Assembly: GCA_045648645.1 (NCBI GenBank)
Contig: JAZROH010000065.1
Span: forward strand, 1-51,292
DNA: 51,292 nt
Origin: Clostridia bacterium
GTDB taxonomy: Bacteria > Bacillota > Clostridia > UMGS1883 > UMGS1540
Direction of reading: 5' to 3'
A model generated the notes under the pieces. It searched no databases. It saw only the letters and a list, made by a program, of their open reading frames with translations, and was not told where the DNA came from. The stretch's first letter is position 1; every line of letters starts with the position of its first letter. The position numbers were made by a program, and so were the translations under genes. Shown one piece after another: positions 18,868 to 28,190 of this stretch.

Positions 18868-19841
18868 TAGAATCTACGTCCTTTCAAATATTTTTCATTT
18901 ACAACATTGATGGGCGTTTCTCCGCGGAGAACGCGTACAACGTTGTTTGTGACCTCTTTATGTAAATCGTCTACGCCTTCGTAGGAATTCCAGGCTACAT
19001 GCGGTGTGAGCACTACATTATCCATCCCTAAAAGCTTGCTTTGAGGGGAGAGGGGTTCGGATTCAAATACATCCAGTGCGGCGCCTGCAATTTCGCCGGA
19101 GAGGAGGGCAAAAATCAGTTCGTTTTCGTTTACCAGACCGCCTCTGCCGGTGTTTATAAGAACAGCTTCCTTTTTCATCAGCTTAAACTGGGGCATACCC
19201 ATCATGTGATGCGTTTCCTCCGTAAGCGGGGAATGGAGCGTAACATAGTCGGAATTTTCCAAAAGGGTGGGAAAATCCACCAGCTTTGCACCCTCTGCGG
19301 CGGCAACTTCGGCACTGACATACGGGTCGCTGACCAGAATATCCATTTCGAAGGCTTTTGCGCGGGCGGCAACAACCCGGGCAATTCTGCCGAAGCCTAC
19401 AAGCCCCAGCGTTTTGCCGCGCAGGCGGCGAACCTTTCCTACGTGGTCGGCACTCCATTTTCCGTTTCTTGCGCATTTGTCCGCGAGGGGAATATGCTTG
19501 CAAACGGAGAGGAGAAGTGCCATGGTATGCTCTGCTACGTCGTATGTACCGTAGGAAGGTGCATTGCAAACATAAATACCTTTTTTGCCGGCAGCCTCAA
19601 GGTCCACATTGTCGTAGCCGATGCCATATCGAATAATCATTTTACATTTGTCGAGTGCTTCAATAATATCTGCGGAGATATTGGCATCATTAAACATTAA
19701 TACATCGGCATCCTTGACAATGGAACGAAGCTCGTCGGCATCTTTGAAGTATGTGACAATGAAAGTGGCACCTTCCTGGTGAAAAACTTTTTTCTCCAGA
19801 GAAAAGTCGGTACCCATTCTGTCGAGCATCACAATTTTCAT
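18867..19841 (-). CDS. D-isomer-specific 2-hydroxyacid dehydrogenase (CtBP/SerA-like)
   Basis: RYGIGYDNVD, GLVGFGRI, INTGRG, LDVFESEP, TPHVAW. Confidence 0.93.
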   Translation of the reverse strand: MKIVMLDRMGTDFSLEKKVFHQEGATFIVTYFKDADELRSIVKDADVLMFNDANISADIIEALDKCKMIIRYGIGYDNVDLEAAGKKGIYVCNAPSYGTYDVAEHTMALLLSVCKHIPLADKCARNGKWSADHVGKVRRLRGKTLGLVGFGRIARVVAARAKAFEMDILVSDPYVSAEVAAAEGAKLVDFPTLLENSDYVTLHSPLTEETHHMMGMPQFKLMKKEAVLINTGRGGLVNENELIFALLSGEIAGAALDVFESEPLSPQSKLLGMDNVVLTPHVAWNSYEGVDDLHKEVTNNVVRVLRGETPINVVNEKYLKGRRF

Positions 19842-19866
19842 CTTACAGCAGTCCTTTCTTTAAAAA

Positions 19867-20805
19867 TTATTCGTTCTTACCTGCTTTTTCTATGCAGAAC
19901 AGGTAAGAAGCATCTTCATAAGCCGGAATATCCTCGTGTCCGTGCGTGTGGTAAAGCTCCAATCGTTTTTCGCCCTTGAGCAAATTATAGAAACCAACTG
20001 TGTTTTGCGGAATACAGGTGGTATCCCGAAGTCCCGCACCGATAAGAACGGGGCAGTTGATTTTATCTGCAAAATGCATGGTATCAAAATAAGAAAGGGT
20101 TCGAACGAGGGCGGGGAATGTGGAAAGCTGGGGGTCATAAAGCCGGAAGTACCGCCAAAATTCCTGATACGGACCCTCGGATTTTTTTGCAATTGCATCC
20201 TGAATATTTGTCATATACGGATACAGAAGAGATAAGAAGCCAATATTACCATCCATGGCGGCAGCTGCAATGGCAACAGCTGAGCCTTGGCTTGCACCCC
20301 AGATGCCGATTCTGTCAGGGTCAACACCTTCCACCGTACGCAAAAGCTGTACACTGCGGTACACGTCCGTATACATATATCGATAGATGTATGTTTCGGG
20401 GGTTTCAAAGCCACGGGTCATAATACCGCCCGGAACACGGCAGGACGGCGTGTCAACATTTCGCATGGGAATTTCCACCCGCATGTTCACTGCCAGAACA
20501 GCAAATCCTGCTAAAATCCATTTTAAATAGTAGCTGACAGGTTGAATACACATGCTGTAACCATGTGTGAAAATAATTGCAGGCATGGAAGGCTTGCGCT
20601 GTGCGGGCAGGAGAAGAAGTCCTTCAAGCCGTCCGCCGCCAAAGCCGGAAAAGAATACCTTTTGTACCTCGGCAATTTCCGAGGGGAAGGGATACGGCGA
20701 GAAGGCCGGTGCGAGAGGCTCCAGATCACTTTCCGCACGTGTTTTGTCCCAAAATTCTTGAAAATCCGCCTCCCGATAGAGCGCGGGGGTAAATTGCATA
20801 TCCAT
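19867..20805 (-). CDS. Acetylxylan esterase / cephalosporin-C deacetylase (CE7-like alpha/beta hydrolase)
   Basis: HGY, nucleophile motif GASQG, LSYFD, GLRDTTC, HGHE. Confidence 0.88.
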   Translation of the reverse strand: MDMQFTPALYREADFQEFWDKTRAESDLEPLAPAFSPYPFPSEIAEVQKVFFSGFGGGRLEGLLLLPAQRKPSMPAIIFTHGYSMCIQPVSYYLKWILAGFAVLAVNMRVEIPMRNVDTPSCRVPGGIMTRGFETPETYIYRYMYTDVYRSVQLLRTVEGVDPDRIGIWGASQGSAVAIAAAAMDGNIGFLSLLYPYMTNIQDAIAKKSEGPYQEFWRYFRLYDPQLSTFPALVRTLSYFDTMHFADKINCPVLIGAGLRDTTCIPQNTVGFYNLLKGEKRLELYHTHGHEDIPAYEDASYLFCIEKAGKNE

Positions 20806-20915
20806 GTCGATTCCTTTCCCGAGAAACTGTTTTGTTCTTTTTCAAATGTATCGTACCATGAATAAAAAGGGGATAATACTGCATATGTGCTTCGTTTTAC
20901 AGAAAAAAGCGCATT

Positions 20916-21383
20916 CTAAATCGTCCGGTGTTCAACTGAGAGGTGGGTTCCTTCAATAGTAAGAATGCCGAAAGAGGGTGCGCCGCTGGCAGGGAGAGAA
21001 ATACTGCCGGGATTAAACAGGTGCAATCCGTCTTCCATGCCGTTAAACGCTTCGTGTGTATGCCCGAACAGAACAAGGTCCATCCCTTTTGCACAGTGGG
21101 CAAGCTCACGAAGTCCCTTCTTTACGCCTCTCGTATGTCCATGGCAAAGGAAAAACCGTTTGCCGCCAAGTTCAATTACCTTTTCAGTATCGCCGCCGGC
21201 ACAAAAATCACAATTCCCGCATACATAGGTGATAGGTGTTTCGGGGTATACAATGCCTAAATCCTCTGTGTCACGCACGGTATCTCCAAGGTGAATAATG
21301 TGGTCAATCGGTCCTGCAAGTTCCATTGCCCGAAGACAATTGTGCATACGACCGTGGCTATCGCTGAAAACTGCAATTCGCAT
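20916..21383 (-). CDS. YfcE/YsnB-family metallophosphoesterase
   Basis: SDSHG, HLGD, GNCD, HGH, FGHTH, NPGS; start at ATG 21383. Confidence 0.93.
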   Translation of the reverse strand: MRIAVFSDSHGRMHNCLRAMELAGPIDHIIHLGDTVRDTEDLGIVYPETPITYVCGNCDFCAGGDTEKVIELGGKRFFLCHGHTRGVKKGLRELAHCAKGMDLVLFGHTHEAFNGMEDGLHLFNPGSISLPASGAPSFGILTIEGTHLSVEHRTI

Positions 21384-21410
21384 AAAAATACCTCTCTTTC
21401 CTTTTTCTAA

Positions 21411-21506
21411 AATATATACCAAAAAAATACGTTTGTCAAGCTTTCACAAAAGAAGAATTCTTTTTTGTGAAAAAGACTTGATTTTATGAAGGAATGTGTG
21501 TATAAT
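21411..21506. promoter_or_regulatory. Divergent sigma-A promoters with an intervening palindrome
   Basis: Minus strand TTGACA(21439-21434)-N17-TATATT; plus strand TTGATT(21478)-N17-TATAAT(21501-21506); palindrome at 21442-21472. Confidence 0.65.
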
Positions 21507-21524
21507 AGGAAAAGGTGATGCAAA

Positions 21525-21938
21525 TTGCGTATAATCGGTCTTGATTATGGTGATAGCCGCATCGGTGTTGCGGTAAGTGACGGACTGGGGATGACGGCGC
21601 AGCCGGTTTGCGCGTTATCGGAAAAAACATGGTCGAAGCAGCTTGAAAAGCTGGCACAGATTGTAACGGAATACGATGCAAAGTGCTTTGTTATCGGCAT
21701 GCCGCGGAATATGAACGGCAGTATTGGTCCGCGGGGTGAGGTGACACGAAAGTTTTCACAGCTACTAAAGGAGCGGTTCGGGATTCCTGTTTATGAATGG
21801 GATGAACGGCTCACTTCGGTTGCCGCACACAGAGCCCTTTCCGAAGGGCAGATGCATGGTGCAAAGAAAAAAGGCAAGGTGGATATGCTGGCAGCGGTTT
21901 TTATTCTGCAGGGATATCTGGATAGCCTTCAAAATTGA
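21525..21938 (+). CDS. ruvX: RuvX/YqgF (YrrK) pre-16S rRNA nuclease
   Basis: GLDYGDSRIGVAVSD, GMPRNMNG, WDERLTS, VDMLAAVFILQGYLD. Confidence 0.96.
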   Translation: MRIIGLDYGDSRIGVAVSDGLGMTAQPVCALSEKTWSKQLEKLAQIVTEYDAKCFVIGMPRNMNGSIGPRGEVTRKFSQLLKERFGIPVYEWDERLTSVAAHRALSEGQMHGAKKKGKVDMLAAVFILQGYLDSLQN

Positions 21939-21952
21939 AAGGAGCATGGAAA

Positions 21953-22255
21953 ATGCAGGAAGAAAGAGAAAATGTAATTGTACTCATAGATGATGAGGGT
22001 AAGGAAATGCCCTTTGAGGTGCTGGACATAATTGAAGAGGACGGCAATCGCTATGCTGTAGGTATTCCCGCAGAGGAAGCCGAGGACGAAGCGGAGGAAG
22101 GTACCGTTTTAATTATGCGGATTGTGCCGGCAAATGATGAAGAGGACATCTTAGAGCCTATTGAAGACAACGCAGAGCTTGAGAAAATTTTTGAGATTTT
22201 CAAAACCCGCATGGAAGAAGAATTTGAGTTTGAAGACGAGGATTCAGAGGCGTAA
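21953..22255 (+). CDS. DUF1292 (YrzB-like) acidic protein
   Basis: IVLIDDEGKEMPFEVLDIIE...Y...IEDNAELEKIFEIF; usual partner of ruvX; ATG 21953 with GGAG RBS. Confidence 0.9.
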   Translation: MQEERENVIVLIDDEGKEMPFEVLDIIEEDGNRYAVGIPAEEAEDEAEEGTVLIMRIVPANDEEDILEPIEDNAELEKIFEIFKTRMEEEFEFEDEDSEA

Positions 22256-22267
22256 AGCCCCTCTGTA

Positions 22268-22456
22268 TCCCTGCGTTGTACGTTAGTCGGAGTATATATT
22301 TTAGCCAACACTAAAATGTAAGGGAGGCAAAGCGTCTCTGTGGTGTGTAGGCCCCCCGCCCGAAAGGCCGGTATGAGGGTAACCCGTAAGCAGAGAATAT
22401 GCCACCCACCTGCAAAGCAGGTTAAAATTTTGCTGTCAGACGGCAAACGCGGGGGA
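22268..22456 (+). ncRNA. ssrS: Probable 6S RNA
   Basis: About 190 nt whose ends pair (TCCCTGCGTT / AACGCGGGGGA); contains CCAACACT...GGGA and CCCACCTG...GCAGGTT segments typical of Bacillota 6S RNAs; followed by a hairpin. Recognised by eye, no covariance model run. Confidence 0.72.
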
Positions 22457-22468
22457 ATAGAACGCAAG

Positions 22469-22505
22469 ACGGGGCTGTTGCAAATTGCGACAGTCCCGTT
22501 TCTTT
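22469..22505 (+). terminator. Terminator after the probable 6S RNA
   Basis: ACGGGGCTGTTGCA-AAT-TGCGACAGTCCCGT followed by TTCTTT. Confidence 0.7.
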
Positions 22506-22557
22506 GGAAAATGCAGAGTAGAACTTTGGGTCGTCGGATAAATGTTGGGAGAGGCTT

Positions 22558-23874
22558 ATGAATACAAATATTAATTTAATGAAGCCGGATTCGGCAATGA
22601 AAAAATATCTTGCAGGCGCTTCGGCACTGCTTCTTTTGCTTACAGTGTGCTTGCCGTCCGTGGGACTTGCTTTTGCTTGCGGGAACATTGTTTTTCTGGC
22701 GGTGTGGTATCTTTGTAAGAATGCAAAGCCCCCGGAAAAGTGCATTAAAAAAATTGTCTGGGGCTCTGTTCTTTTAAACATCTGTATTCTGTTTTACACG
22801 GCTTATCAAAAAAATGATATTCTTTTGCTGGCACGCGGATACAGAGAGGCACTGGCATACGGACCGGTATTAAATGAAAACATTCCGGCGTTTTTCCGGG
22901 AAGTGTATTACAGCATGCTTTTAGGAACAGACTCACTCTTGCCTACGCTTTTTATAGCCCCGCTTTTGGATTTTTTGGGCGGAAGCTTTACGGTGTATGT
23001 ACTTTTGGTGTTCAACATATTTGTTGTTCCGTTCTTTCTGCTCCTTGGTATTTTAATTAACGAAATCAATCCGAAGTGTGTACCGCTTATGTTTTTGTTT
23101 GCCCCCTTTTTAACCCCTGTTTTTTGTGGAAATCTTGATAGTGCAGGGCTTTTATGCGTGGCACTTTGGCTGTATTTGATACATAAAAGAACTTTTCGAA
23201 AAACGGCGATTTCCAAAGCAATTGTTCTGGGACTTTTGTCTGCAGGTATGCTTTTAATGCGCAACTGGTATTTTTTCTACCTGCTCGGCATAATTCTTGC
23301 GTTTTTGTTTTCCGGTGCTATCCGAACAATTTATGATAAAAAATTCAATATGGAAACACAAGCGAAAAATATGCTGATTGTCGGCGGTACGGCGCTAGTG
23401 ATTGTTGTATTGCTTTTCAAAGCATATTTTGGGCAGGTTTTCCGTATATACGCAGAGCCTATAGAACTTCTGGAAACATTGTGGCAAAATGTAAAGCTGT
23501 TTATATCCTATTACGGCATTTTGCCTCTGCTTTTCTATGCACTCGGAATTGCCGGGCTTTTTCGCAGAAGGTACAGACAGTACACAATGTTTTTGCTCCT
23601 GCAAATTCCAATTACGTTTCTTTTATTCGGGAGCACACAAATTATGGAGCCGTCCCATCAATATTTAATTGCGGCAGAACTGCTTCTCCTGGGTATTATG
23701 GGGATTACGGCGTTGCCGAAATGGAACACACAGGCTATGGTTGCCTTTACGGTTGTGCTTGCTTTGAATTTTGCGTATACGTATGCACCGCTTTCCGGGC
23801 AGCCGCTAAGAAACGTGCTTGGGGCACGGTTTATTCCCTCTGATATCGTACAAATGGAGAACTTACAAAATTAA
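22558..23874 (+). CDS. Polytopic membrane protein, possibly GT-C-type glycosyltransferase-like
   Basis: 438 aa with roughly 12 hydrophobic segments and a conserved-looking LMRNWYFFY segment; family assignment is tentative. Confidence 0.6.
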   Translation: MNTNINLMKPDSAMKKYLAGASALLLLLTVCLPSVGLAFACGNIVFLAVWYLCKNAKPPEKCIKKIVWGSVLLNICILFYTAYQKNDILLLARGYREALAYGPVLNENIPAFFREVYYSMLLGTDSLLPTLFIAPLLDFLGGSFTVYVLLVFNIFVVPFFLLLGILINEINPKCVPLMFLFAPFLTPVFCGNLDSAGLLCVALWLYLIHKRTFRKTAISKAIVLGLLSAGMLLMRNWYFFYLLGIILAFLFSGAIRTIYDKKFNMETQAKNMLIVGGTALVIVVLLFKAYFGQVFRIYAEPIELLETLWQNVKLFISYYGILPLLFYALGIAGLFRRRYRQYTMFLLLQIPITFLLFGSTQIMEPSHQYLIAAELLLLGIMGITALPKWNTQAMVAFTVVLALNFAYTYAPLSGQPLRNVLGARFIPSDIVQMENLQN

Positions 23875-23886
23875 ATAAAAAAGTGG

Positions 23887-23915
23887 TTGTCAAATCCGTC
23901 GAGATATGCTATACT
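23887..23915 (+). promoter_or_regulatory. Putative sigma-A promoter for SLH gene-asd-dapA-dapB
   Basis: TTGTCA-N17-TATACT with TG extension. Confidence 0.65.
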
Positions 23916-23971
23916 ATATAGGATATAGGGTGATTTTGACGAACGCCCGAGTTTAGAGGAGGAATACACAC

Positions 23972-25393
23972 ATGTATAAAAAGGCTATAGCACTTGCTTT
24001 GACCGGAATGCTTTTGTTTTCCGCACCGGTAGCTGCCGCCCCCAGTGCATGGGCAACAGCGGAAGTGGAAGCAGCAACGGGACTTGGTCTTGTTCCTGAA
24101 AGAATACAGGATGCATATCAGGATGCCATAACCCGTGAAGAATTTTGCGAAATGGTAATGCTTATGTGGGAAAAGCTTACGGGTAATGAAATGCCCGTAG
24201 CCGAAGCTACATTTGCCGACACACAAAATGCATCGGTGGCGGCGGCACAAAGCCTCGGCATTGTGCAAGGAGAGAGCCCCGAGCAGTTTTCACCGAATAA
24301 TCCCGTAACCAGACAGGAAATGTGCGTAATGCTGCGAAATGCATTTAAAAACGCCTGCCCGACGGTGGCACTTCCCGAGGTGTATGCCAATACGTTTCCG
24401 GATGCAGCCGCGGTTGCCGATTGGGCAATGGAAGCGGTGCAGACGATGAATCTGTTTGCCGTCATGCTTGGAGATGAAAACGGGAATATCAATCCCCTTG
24501 GAAACACTACAAGAGAACAGGCGATTTTGCTTGCATACCGTCTTTGGGGAACGCAGGCAATCACCCAGCAGGAATTTATCGAAAAGTTCCTTATGCCCGT
24601 AAGCGGCAACACACATGATAATATGCTCGGCGGCGCATATGCTGTGGGTGTAGGCGGCGGCCCCTTCTACTATTCGGGTGAAACAGGCATTTACAAGCTC
24701 GGGACAGATACACCTGTGATAGCAAAGCCGGCAAAGAATTTTGCGGCGTTTAGCGATACAATTTATTATATTGGTGCCGATGGATGCATATATATGGTAA
24801 AGCTTTCGGAAAACAAGGAAACGAAGCTTACCGATGTGCCTACCGATAATTTTGCGGCATTTAACGGTGCGCTGTACTATCGCAATCTTTCGGATGGGGG
24901 ACGCGTTTACAGAATGCCGCTGGATACAATGGAAACAGCACCCTTCACACCCGCTGCGGGAGAAATTCCCGTTATCACCGGAAGCGCCATTTATTATTCC
25001 GATGGTACGGCGATTTATGCGCGAAACGATGACGGAACATTTACGGCGGTCTTCTCCGGTGCAAACAGCAACCTGTGCGTAAAGAATAATCAGTTTTATT
25101 TCCTGAATGCGAACGGGCTGATTTGTACGGCAGATTTAAATGGTGCCAACTACAAAGCGGTGTCCAAACTGCCGGTAAAAAGCTACTGCTTTACCAGAGA
25201 TTGCCTGATTGCTATCGGCAGTGCCGACAGCGCCGTATATAAGATTGACTATACAGGTCGTTACACAATTAAAATGGATACAAGCACGTATGTGAATATC
25301 AACACATATGATGATTATGTATATGCGCGTGATGCCGAGGGCGGCATCTATAAGTTCTCAAACAACGCGACAGAAAAAGCAAGGATAAATTAG
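23972..25393 (+). CDS. Secreted S-layer-homology (SLH) protein with a DUF5050-like beta-propeller
   Basis: Signal peptide; SLH motifs ITREEF, FSPNNPVTRQEM, NPLGNTTREQA; repeated 'IYY...IY' blades in the C-terminal half. Confidence 0.85.
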   Translation: MYKKAIALALTGMLLFSAPVAAAPSAWATAEVEAATGLGLVPERIQDAYQDAITREEFCEMVMLMWEKLTGNEMPVAEATFADTQNASVAAAQSLGIVQGESPEQFSPNNPVTRQEMCVMLRNAFKNACPTVALPEVYANTFPDAAAVADWAMEAVQTMNLFAVMLGDENGNINPLGNTTREQAILLAYRLWGTQAITQQEFIEKFLMPVSGNTHDNMLGGAYAVGVGGGPFYYSGETGIYKLGTDTPVIAKPAKNFAAFSDTIYYIGADGCIYMVKLSENKETKLTDVPTDNFAAFNGALYYRNLSDGGRVYRMPLDTMETAPFTPAAGEIPVITGSAIYYSDGTAIYARNDDGTFTAVFSGANSNLCVKNNQFYFLNANGLICTADLNGANYKAVSKLPVKSYCFTRDCLIAIGSADSAVYKIDYTGRYTIKMDTSTYVNINTYDDYVYARDAEGGIYKFSNNATEKARIN

Positions 25394-25404
25394 GAGGAAA
25401 GACA

Positions 25405-26403
25405 ATGAAGAAGTACAAAATTGCAGTTGTAGGTGCAACCGGTATGGTTGGCAGAACCTTTTTGAAGGTGTTGGAAGAATATAAGCTTCCTGCAGAGAGC
25501 TATACTCTGTTTTCGTCTGCAAAATCTGCGGGCAGCACTTTGAAATTTATGGGTGAGGAGCATACCGTTCGCGAACTGACGGAAACATCCTTTGATGAAG
25601 GCTTTGATATTGCACTCTTTTCTGCAGGCGGCAGCACCAGCGAAAAATTCGCGCCCATTGCCGCAAAAAAAGGATGCCTTGTTATTGATAACTCCAGCGC
25701 ATGGCGTATGGATCCCGAGGTGCCGCTCGTAGTACCGGAAGTAAACCCCGAAGATATCAAAAAGCATAAGGGTATTATTGCGAACCCGAACTGCTCCACC
25801 ATTCAGGCGATGGTAGCCATTAAGCCTTTATACGATGCTTACGGCATTAAGAGAATTGTATATTCTACCTATCAGGCAGTTTCCGGCGCAGGTCGCGGCG
25901 GTTGGGATGATTTGGAAAACGGTCTGAAGGGCGAAGCACCGAAGAAATTCCCGTATCCCATTGCAGGTAATTGTCTGCCGCATATTGACGTTTTCCTTGA
26001 AAACGGCTATACAAAAGAAGAAATGAAGATGATTTTAGAAACCCGCAAAATTTTGGGTGACGATTCTCTTCGTATTACGGCAACGACTGTACGTGTACCT
26101 GTATTTAACAGCCATAGCGAATCTATCAACGTAGAGCTTGAAAAGCCGTTTGAAATGGATGAACTTATGGACGTTTTGAAGAAGGCACCGGGCATTGTTG
26201 TAGAAGATGATACGGCAAACAACGTTTATCCCATGCCCATAACGGCTACCGGTCATGACGAAACCTTTGTAGGTCGCATCCGTCGTGACGAGAGCGTGGA
26301 AAGTGGTGTAAACCTTTGGGTTGTAGCCGATAATATCCGCAAGGGTGCTGCAGCCAATGCAGTACAGATTGCGCAGAAGTTTATTGAATTCGATAACGAA
26401 TAA
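25405..26403 (+). CDS. asd: Aspartate-semialdehyde dehydrogenase
   Basis: GATGMVG, IDNSSAWR, ANPNCST, YQAVSGAG, DNIRKGAA. Confidence 0.98.
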   Translation: MKKYKIAVVGATGMVGRTFLKVLEEYKLPAESYTLFSSAKSAGSTLKFMGEEHTVRELTETSFDEGFDIALFSAGGSTSEKFAPIAAKKGCLVIDNSSAWRMDPEVPLVVPEVNPEDIKKHKGIIANPNCSTIQAMVAIKPLYDAYGIKRIVYSTYQAVSGAGRGGWDDLENGLKGEAPKKFPYPIAGNCLPHIDVFLENGYTKEEMKMILETRKILGDDSLRITATTVRVPVFNSHSESINVELEKPFEMDELMDVLKKAPGIVVEDDTANNVYPMPITATGHDETFVGRIRRDESVESGVNLWVVADNIRKGAAANAVQIAQKFIEFDNE

Positions 26404-26426
26404 GGACAGAAAGCGAGGCGCAATAT

Positions 26427-27320
26427 ATGAAGAACTTACCTTTTACAGGTAGTGGTGTTGCTCTGGTAACACCGTTTAAGAACGGAAAAATCGATTTTGA
26501 CAAGATGGGCGAGCTCGTCGAGTTACATATCGAGAAAAATACAGATGCCATTATTGTTTGCGGTACTACAGGCGAATCTGCAACCATGCCGGATGCAGAG
26601 CACATTTCTGCGGTGGAATACTGCGTGCAGAAGGCTGCCGGTCGCATTCCGATTGTGGCAGGCGCAGGCTCTAACGACACAAACCACGGCGTACAGCTTT
26701 CTGCTGCTATGCAGAGAGTGGGTGCGGATGCTCTGCTTTCCGTAACACCGTATTACAACAAGGCAACCCAGAAGGGACTTATCCGTCACTATACAGAAAT
26801 TGCTAACGCAGTAGACATTCCGATTATTCTGTATAATGTGCCGTCCCGCACGGGCGTGAACATTCAGCCTGAAACACTTTTAGAGCTTTCCAAGATTGAA
26901 CACATTGTGGGCGTAAAGGAAGCCGGTGGCAATATTTCGCAGGTTGCGAAAATTGCAGCACTTTGCGGTGACAAGGTGGCAATTTATTCCGGTGACGATG
27001 ATATGATCGTACCCGTAATGTCCCTCGGCGGTGTGGGCGTAATTTCTGTTTTGGCGAATATTTTACCGCAGGAAACGCATGATATTACTGCGCGTTGCTT
27101 CGCGGGCGATTTCAAAGGCGCAAGAGAATTACAGCTTAAACTGTATGACCTTATCAAGGCGCTCTTTATTGAAGTAAATCCCATTCCGGTAAAAACCGCA
27201 ATGAATATGCTTGGCTATGATGTAGGAGAGCTTCGCATGCCGCTTTGCGAAATGGAAGAAAAGAATGCGGCTGTTCTTCGCGCGGAAATGGAAAAGCTGG
27301 GAATGGAAATTAAAGCATAA
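26427..27320 (+). CDS. dapA: 4-hydroxy-tetrahydrodipicolinate synthase
   Basis: ALVTPF, GTTGE, YNVPSRTG, GVKEA, NPIPVK. Confidence 0.98.
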   Translation: MKNLPFTGSGVALVTPFKNGKIDFDKMGELVELHIEKNTDAIIVCGTTGESATMPDAEHISAVEYCVQKAAGRIPIVAGAGSNDTNHGVQLSAAMQRVGADALLSVTPYYNKATQKGLIRHYTEIANAVDIPIILYNVPSRTGVNIQPETLLELSKIEHIVGVKEAGGNISQVAKIAALCGDKVAIYSGDDDMIVPVMSLGGVGVISVLANILPQETHDITARCFAGDFKGARELQLKLYDLIKALFIEVNPIPVKTAMNMLGYDVGELRMPLCEMEEKNAAVLRAEMEKLGMEIKA

Positions 27321-27329
27321 AGGAACGAA

Positions 27330-28097
27330 GTGCCAATGATAAATGTAATTATTAGCGGTGCAAACGGAAAAATGGGAAAAACCGTTGCAGGCATGCTTTC
27401 GGGCATGCCCGGTTTTTCTGTTTGTGCCGGTGTAGACGTCTATACGGAAAAGTACGGAGATTTTCCCATTGTGGAAACCCCGCGTCTTTTGCCTGGTGGC
27501 GGAGATGTGATTATTGATTTTTCGAATCCCGCCGCGCTTTTGGACCTTTTGCCGTATGCAATGGAAAAGAAAATTCCGGTGGTTGTATGCACAACAGGTC
27601 TTGGAAATGAACATAAAAGTCTTTTGGAGGCAGCAGCAAGAGAAATCCCCGTATTTTTCTCTGCCAATATGTCTTTAGGGATAAGTCTGATTACAGAACT
27701 TGTAAAAACAGCGGTTTCTGTGCTTGGCGAGGGGTTTGATATTGAAATCATCGAAAAGCATCATAATCGGAAGCTGGATGCCCCCAGCGGCACGGCTATG
27801 GCAATTGCAGATGCGATTGCGGATGCGGCGGAAGGAACAAAGGAATTTGTGTATGACCGTCATAGCGTGCGCCGTCCGCGCGGCAAGCAAGAGGTCGGCA
27901 TTCATGCGGTGCGCGGCGGAACCATCGTTGGGGAACATACCGTGCTTTTTGCCGGACAGGATGAAGTGATTGAAATTAAGCACAGCGCAGGAAGCCGTGA
28001 TATTTTCGCGGTTGGTGCCATTCGTGCCGCGGCATTTTTGCAGGACAAGCCTGCAGGAATGTATGCAATGCGCGATTTGGTATCGGCATCTTTATAA
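27330..28097 (+). CDS. dapB: 4-hydroxy-tetrahydrodipicolinate reductase
   Basis: GANGKMG, IDFS, EKHHNRKLDAPSGTA; start is GTG 27330 or ATG 27336. Confidence 0.97.
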   Translation: MPMINVIISGANGKMGKTVAGMLSGMPGFSVCAGVDVYTEKYGDFPIVETPRLLPGGGDVIIDFSNPAALLDLLPYAMEKKIPVVVCTTGLGNEHKSLLEAAAREIPVFFSANMSLGISLITELVKTAVSVLGEGFDIEIIEKHHNRKLDAPSGTAMAIADAIADAAEGTKEFVYDRHSVRRPRGKQEVGIHAVRGGTIVGEHTVLFAGQDEVIEIKHSAGSRDIFAVGAIRAAAFLQDKPAGMYAMRDLVSASL

Positions 28098-28125
28098 AAA
28101 ATATTGCAGAGAAAATAAAAAGTTC

Positions 28126-28154
28126 TTGCAATATTCTGTAATTTAAGATACAAT
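28126..28154 (+). promoter_or_regulatory. Putative sigma-A promoter of efp
   Basis: TTGCAA-N17-TACAAT. Confidence 0.55.
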
Positions 28155-28190
28155 AATAGTATAAAAATCGGAAAGGAATGGAAACATAGG

